Source: Vicinamibacterales bacterium
GTDB lineage: Bacteria; Acidobacteriota; Vicinamibacteria; Vicinamibacterales; UBA2999
Assembly (NCBI GenBank): GCA_035537775.1
Contig: DATLLQ010000259.1
Location: 5,937-69,936 of the forward strand
Reading direction: 5' to 3'
DNA: 64,000 nucleotides
Shown here in pieces: positions 60,773 to 64,000 of the stretch; position 1 is the first letter of the stretch, and each line of letters opens with the position of its first letter. The notes beneath the pieces are model-generated. The model saw only the letters and a program-made list of their open reading frames with translations. It was not told where the DNA came from and did not search any database. A program made the translations under genes and the position numbers.

Positions 60773-61828
60773 CTACGGCGCTCCAGCCGATTTGCCACCG
60801 GATTCGACAATCCGGCGAGCAAGGTAGTTCACGACATCCGCGTCGGCGCGTACCGTCGTGAGATAGGCCGCACGGAGCACCTGCTCCCTGCCCTGGCGCA
60901 GCGCCTCGGTAATCCGCTCGCGCACGCCAGGCGTCGAAAGGTCACGCTGACCGGCCGGCTCCTTCGACACGACGTAGACGATCGTGAGCACGCCGCCCTC
61001 GTTCACGACGCGCGCGGAGCCTGTCGTCGTGCTCAACACCGCCTTCTGCAGCAGTGGCGGCGCCTGCTTGATCCTCGACAACGGCACGAGACCCAGATCG
61101 CCGCCGCGCGGGGCCGTTTCCGGATCCTCGGAGAAGTCCCTGGCGAGATCGGCGAACGGCGTCCCCGCCTTCAGCTTTTCCATCAGCATGGACACCTTCG
61201 CCGCCGCCGCCTGCGGCGTGGTGGCGTCGTCACCAGTGCGGTTGGCGACCTGCGCGCCGCGAACCGGAGTCACGATGATCTGCGCGAGGCGGAAGGCCTC
61301 TTCAGGAAGGTTGAACTGCGACCGGTTCGCGTTGAAGAAGTCGGTCACTTCCTGATCGGTCACCGTCACTTTCGAGCTGACCTCGCGCTCGAGGATCTTG
61401 CGTCCCAGCAGCTCACGCCGGAGGCCGTCGCGCATGTCGGCGGTCGTCAGATTGCGCTTCGCCAGCTCCTCTTGAAAGGCCTGCTCGTTCGGAATGTTCT
61501 TCTTCGCCTCGGCGAACGCGGCCTCGACCTCACTGTCGGGAAGCTCGATCTTCAGCGCCGCGCCTTTGGCGAACAGGATCTCCTCGACGATCAGGTCTTC
61601 GATGACGGCGAGCTTGGCCATCAGGGCTTCCTGATCGGACAGCGACTGCGAGCCGTCGCGCACGCGCCGGAACTCCTTCTCGACGCGGTCCCTCGTAATC
61701 GTGCGACCGTCGACGACGGCCCAGGTGTCGGCAGGTACTGCCGCCGGCGCCGGGGACGAACCCGAACGGCAGGCCGGAGCCAGCCACAACGTCGCCAGGG
61801 CGACGGCAACAAAGCGATATCGATGCAT
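60773..61828 (-). CDS. SurA-like periplasmic chaperone / parvulin-type peptidyl-prolyl isomerase
   Basis: Signal or lipoprotein N-terminus (LWLAPAC). SurA_N-like helical region. Parvulin-like segment ...FADLARDFSEDPETAPRGGDLGLV. Confidence 0.75.
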   Translation of the reverse strand: MHRYRFVAVALATLWLAPACRSGSSPAPAAVPADTWAVVDGRTITRDRVEKEFRRVRDGSQSLSDQEALMAKLAVIEDLIVEEILFAKGAALKIELPDSEVEAAFAEAKKNIPNEQAFQEELAKRNLTTADMRDGLRRELLGRKILEREVSSKVTVTDQEVTDFFNANRSQFNLPEEAFRLAQIIVTPVRGAQVANRTGDDATTPQAAAAKVSMLMEKLKAGTPFADLARDFSEDPETAPRGGDLGLVPLSRIKQAPPLLQKAVLSTTTGSARVVNEGGVLTIVYVVSKEPAGQRDLSTPGVRERITEALRQGREQVLRAAYLTTVRADADVVNYLARRIVESGGKSAGAP

Positions 61829-61834
61829 GTCAGT

Positions 61835-61840
61835 AGAATA
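61835..61840 (-). promoter_or_regulatory. -10-like TATTCT, 6 nt upstream of ATG 61828 (leaderless candidate)
   Basis: On the minus strand TATTCT-actgac-ATG. No SD. Confidence 0.35.
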
Positions 61841-61880
61841 TCGCCCCTATGCCGTTCACGGCCGGCATTCCTCCACGGAT

Positions 61881-62384
61881 ATGAACGCACGGGTGGTCGT
61901 CAACGATCGGATGCAGCGGAACTACGTCTACGTCCGCACCGAGCCGGCCGGCCGCAACTTCGCGCCCCAGTTTCAGCCGCAGTTGACGCCACGCGAGATG
62001 TTGGCGCTCGGCGTGTTCGGTGGAAAGTACATGACCGACTGCCGAAAGGAGTTCCCGGCAAGCTGGTACACGCGCGCGAAGCTCTGCTCGACCCATCACG
62101 ATCCGAAGCTGAACTACTTCGGCGTGAATGCATCCCAGTCGCTGGACACCTGGTGGCACAAGGGCTGGATCCGGCCGCAGGATCCGCGCGGGTGGTTTCA
62201 GTGGTACTGCCGCTACTACATGGGCCGACGCTCATCGGACGACGAGCGCCAGATTCGACGATGGCGGGCGATCGCGAGGCACGTCGCGCAGATCATCAGC
62301 CATTGCGAGCGGGGCGACCTCGACTGCAGGCGTCGGCAGCGTCAGGCCGTGCTGCACTGGGCGTATGACAGCCGCAAGATCTAA
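61881..62384 (+). CDS. conserved hypothetical protein (W/R/Y-rich motif GWFQWYCRYYMGRR)
   Basis: Clear coding-looking ORF. Family not recognised. Start uncertain (ATG 61881 preferred; ATG 61827 would overlap the divergent start codon). Confidence 0.5.
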   Translation: MNARVVVNDRMQRNYVYVRTEPAGRNFAPQFQPQLTPREMLALGVFGGKYMTDCRKEFPASWYTRAKLCSTHHDPKLNYFGVNASQSLDTWWHKGWIRPQDPRGWFQWYCRYYMGRRSSDDERQIRRWRAIARHVAQIISHCERGDLDCRRRQRQAVLHWAYDSRKI

Positions 62385-62391
62385 TGCTGAC

Positions 62392-62416
62392 GGTCCGCCT
62401 GAAGGCGGACACTACG
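62392..62416 (+). repeat. REP-like element, consensus copy (GGTCCGCCTGAAGGCGGACACTACG)
   Basis: 7-bp stem GTCCGCC/GGCGGAC with TGAA loop and an ACTACG tail. The last G is the first base of GTG 62416. Confidence 0.7.
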
Positions 62417-62925
62417 TGCGTGTCGGGATCTCCACATGCCTGCTCGGCGAAGAGGTCCGCTATGACGGCGGCCACAAGCGCACGCAGTACCTCATCGATG
62501 CGTTCGGTAGTTCGGTGGAATGGGTGCCGGTGTGTCCGGAGGTCGAGGCAGGGTTTGGCACACCGCGCGAGGCGATGCAGCTGTCGCGCGTCAACGGTGT
62601 CATCAGGCTCGTCACGGTGACGACCGCGCGCGACGTGACAGATCAGATGGGCGAACTCATTCGACGGCGCATGCAGGAGCTGCAGTTGAAGGGCCTGAGC
62701 GGCTACATCCTGAAGGCGAACTCACCGAGCTGCGGCCTTGCCGTCAAGGCCTTCGACGACCGCGGCATCGCCAGCGAACCTGGAAGAGGCGTGTTCGCCG
62801 AGGCGCTGACCCGCGAGTTTCCGGATCTGCCAATCGAAGACGAGGGCCGGCTGTCCGACCCTCGCCTGCTTGCTGAATTCGTGGAGCGCGTGTTCGCGTA
62901 TCGGCGGCGCAGTGGGTCCGCCTGA
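62416..62925 (+). CDS. DUF523 family protein (YbbK/TudS-like Cys-rich)
   Basis: Start GTG 62416. VRVGISTCLLGEEVRYDGGHKR...VPVCPEVEAGFGTPRE is typical of DUF523. Confidence 0.7.
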   Translation: MRVGISTCLLGEEVRYDGGHKRTQYLIDAFGSSVEWVPVCPEVEAGFGTPREAMQLSRVNGVIRLVTVTTARDVTDQMGELIRRRMQELQLKGLSGYILKANSPSCGLAVKAFDDRGIASEPGRGVFAEALTREFPDLPIEDEGRLSDPRLLAEFVERVFAYRRRSGSA

Positions 62926-62939
62926 GGGCGGACACGACG
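62915..62939 (+). repeat. REP-like element copy (GGTCCGCCTGAGGGCGGACACGACG) containing the DUF523 stop codon in its loop
   Basis: Stem 62916-62922 / 62927-62933. The loop TGAG carries TGA 62923-62925. Lies between convergent genes. Confidence 0.65.
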
Positions 62940-62940
62940 A

Positions 62941-63525
62941 CTACTTCTTCGGGGGAGGAGCGATCTCGATGCCGGCAAGATATGCGTTGCGAATGGGCTT
63001 GAGAGTGGCGAGGTACGCCCAGATCGCCCGCAGGTCGTCGTCGGTCAGGTTCTGATAGACGTCGATCGGCATCGGCGGCATCACCGCCGTACCGTTCGGC
63101 TTCTTGCCGGTTCTCATCGTCTGCACGAACGTCTTCTCGTTGTAGCCGCGCGCGGGGAGTCCGGTCGCGGTGTCGGGTGTCAGGTTGGAGGCGACCGTCT
63201 GTCCCCACGGGCCGTACCACGCAGTGAGGTCAAGCGAGGCGTGGATTTCGCCGTCCGCCTTCGTCGGCATTTTCGTTGTCTGGGGCCGGCCTGACAGCAG
63301 GCGCGCTGGATCGGGAGTCATGCCCTGGCTCTTCGGCGAATGGCAGTCATGGCAGCCGGTGATGTTGACCAGGTACTTGCCGCGCTCGACGGGATTCGTC
63401 GCGCCGGCTGCGGTGCCGCGCTGCTGAGCCTGTCCGCTCGTCGCCGCGATCAGCAAGAGTGCAATGACGCCCGCGGCCGAACCCAACAGCCAGCGGCGTC
63501 CGAAAGCTTGACGATCGTGTCTCAT
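62941..63525 (-). CDS. c-type cytochrome (single CXXCH), membrane-anchored or secreted
   Basis: Start re-picked at ATG 63525 (AGGAGG 6 nt upstream). Hydrophobic N-terminus. Heme site GCHDCHSP. Distal Met region (GTAVMPPMP). Confidence 0.7.
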   Translation of the reverse strand: MRHDRQAFGRRWLLGSAAGVIALLLIAATSGQAQQRGTAAGATNPVERGKYLVNITGCHDCHSPKSQGMTPDPARLLSGRPQTTKMPTKADGEIHASLDLTAWYGPWGQTVASNLTPDTATGLPARGYNEKTFVQTMRTGKKPNGTAVMPPMPIDVYQNLTDDDLRAIWAYLATLKPIRNAYLAGIEIAPPPKK

Positions 63526-63607
63526 CAACTTCCTCCTCATGATGGTGCGTTACCTTACATTGATCCGGCACGAAGCCTGAAATCCGGTCAGGCCATCCGA
63601 CTGCCCA

Positions 63608-64000
63608 TCAGGGCACAGCCGGCGCGTGGGCCCTCCGCTCTCGCAGGACCTCGGCGTGCGGCATGAGCAGCAGGATGCCGGCAATGGAGACGAACGTCGC
63701 CGCGATCTGATACCACGCCGGCACCATCGGATCCCCCGTGACCTTGATCAGCCAGGCGACGACGAACTGTGTGGTGCCGCCAAACACCGCCACACCGGTC
63801 GCGTAGAGGATCGAAAGACCGCTCGAGCGGACGCTCTGGGGAAACGCTTCCGCCATGAACGCGTACACCGCACCGATGCCGACGGCATACACGAGGTTGC
63901 CAAGCATGTTCGCGGCGAATATCGCGGCGGTTGACGCGCCTGCGAACGTGAGCACCTGATACAGCGGATACAGCATCAGCAGGAAGAGGACGCGGGATGC
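63608..64000 (-). CDS. MFS transporter, metabolite:H+ symporter (MHS) type, C-terminal part only (runs off the window)
   Basis: TM-rich C-terminus ...AEAFPQSVRSSGLSILYATGVAVFGGTTQFVVAWLIKVTGDPMVPAWY. The ORF is open to the window end. Confidence 0.7.
   Translation of the reverse strand, partial: ASRVLFLLMLYPLYQVLTFAGASTAAIFAANMLGNLVYAVGIGAVYAFMAEAFPQSVRSSGLSILYATGVAVFGGTTQFVVAWLIKVTGDPMVPAWYQIAATFVSIAGILLLMPHAEVLRERRAHAPAVP

Overview
High-GC (about two-thirds G+C by eye), densely coding bacterial chromosomal segment with about 56 protein genes, one tRNA-Gln(CUG), and no rRNA, CRISPR array, transposase or integrase that I can see. Gene content suggests an Acidobacteriota-like soil bacterium; this is inference only. 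It includes a wHTH-TPR regulator, a Ser/Thr kinase with a TolB-like propeller, DUF1592/DUF1552 pairs and many exported proteins. Housekeeping genes are gltX, an ABC-F ATPase, an S1-domain protein, folD and an rluB-like gene. Operons include peroxiredoxin / MBL-rhodanese / sulfite-oxidase-family, and a 7-gene TetR-TolC-HlyD-ABC(x2)-ABC2 permease(x2) exporter. Many adjacent genes are linked by 4-nt ATGA/GTGA start-stop overlaps. The most interesting items are: (1) two paralogous, gene-order-permuted copies of an exported ankyrin + heme-c DUF1592 + Tat-DUF1552 module; (2) a translationally coupled operon of a hybrid histidine kinase, a REC / degenerate sigma54-type AAA+ / Ser-Thr kinase fusion, and a Tat-signal enolase-superfamily protein; (3) a REP-like hairpin family (GGTCCGCCTGAAGGCGGACACTACG) abutting start and stop codons; (4) many operon-first genes with a -10-like hexamer 6-9 nt upstream of the start codon and no Shine-Dalgarno, suggesting leaderless mRNAs; (5) direct-repeat arrays in the prx / wHTH-regulator divergent region. 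Many long ORFs in the six-frame track are antisense shadows typical of high-GC DNA and were not called. Start codons were re-picked from signal peptides, RBS or -10 context and start-stop overlaps. All family assignments come from motif recognition by eye, not from searches.
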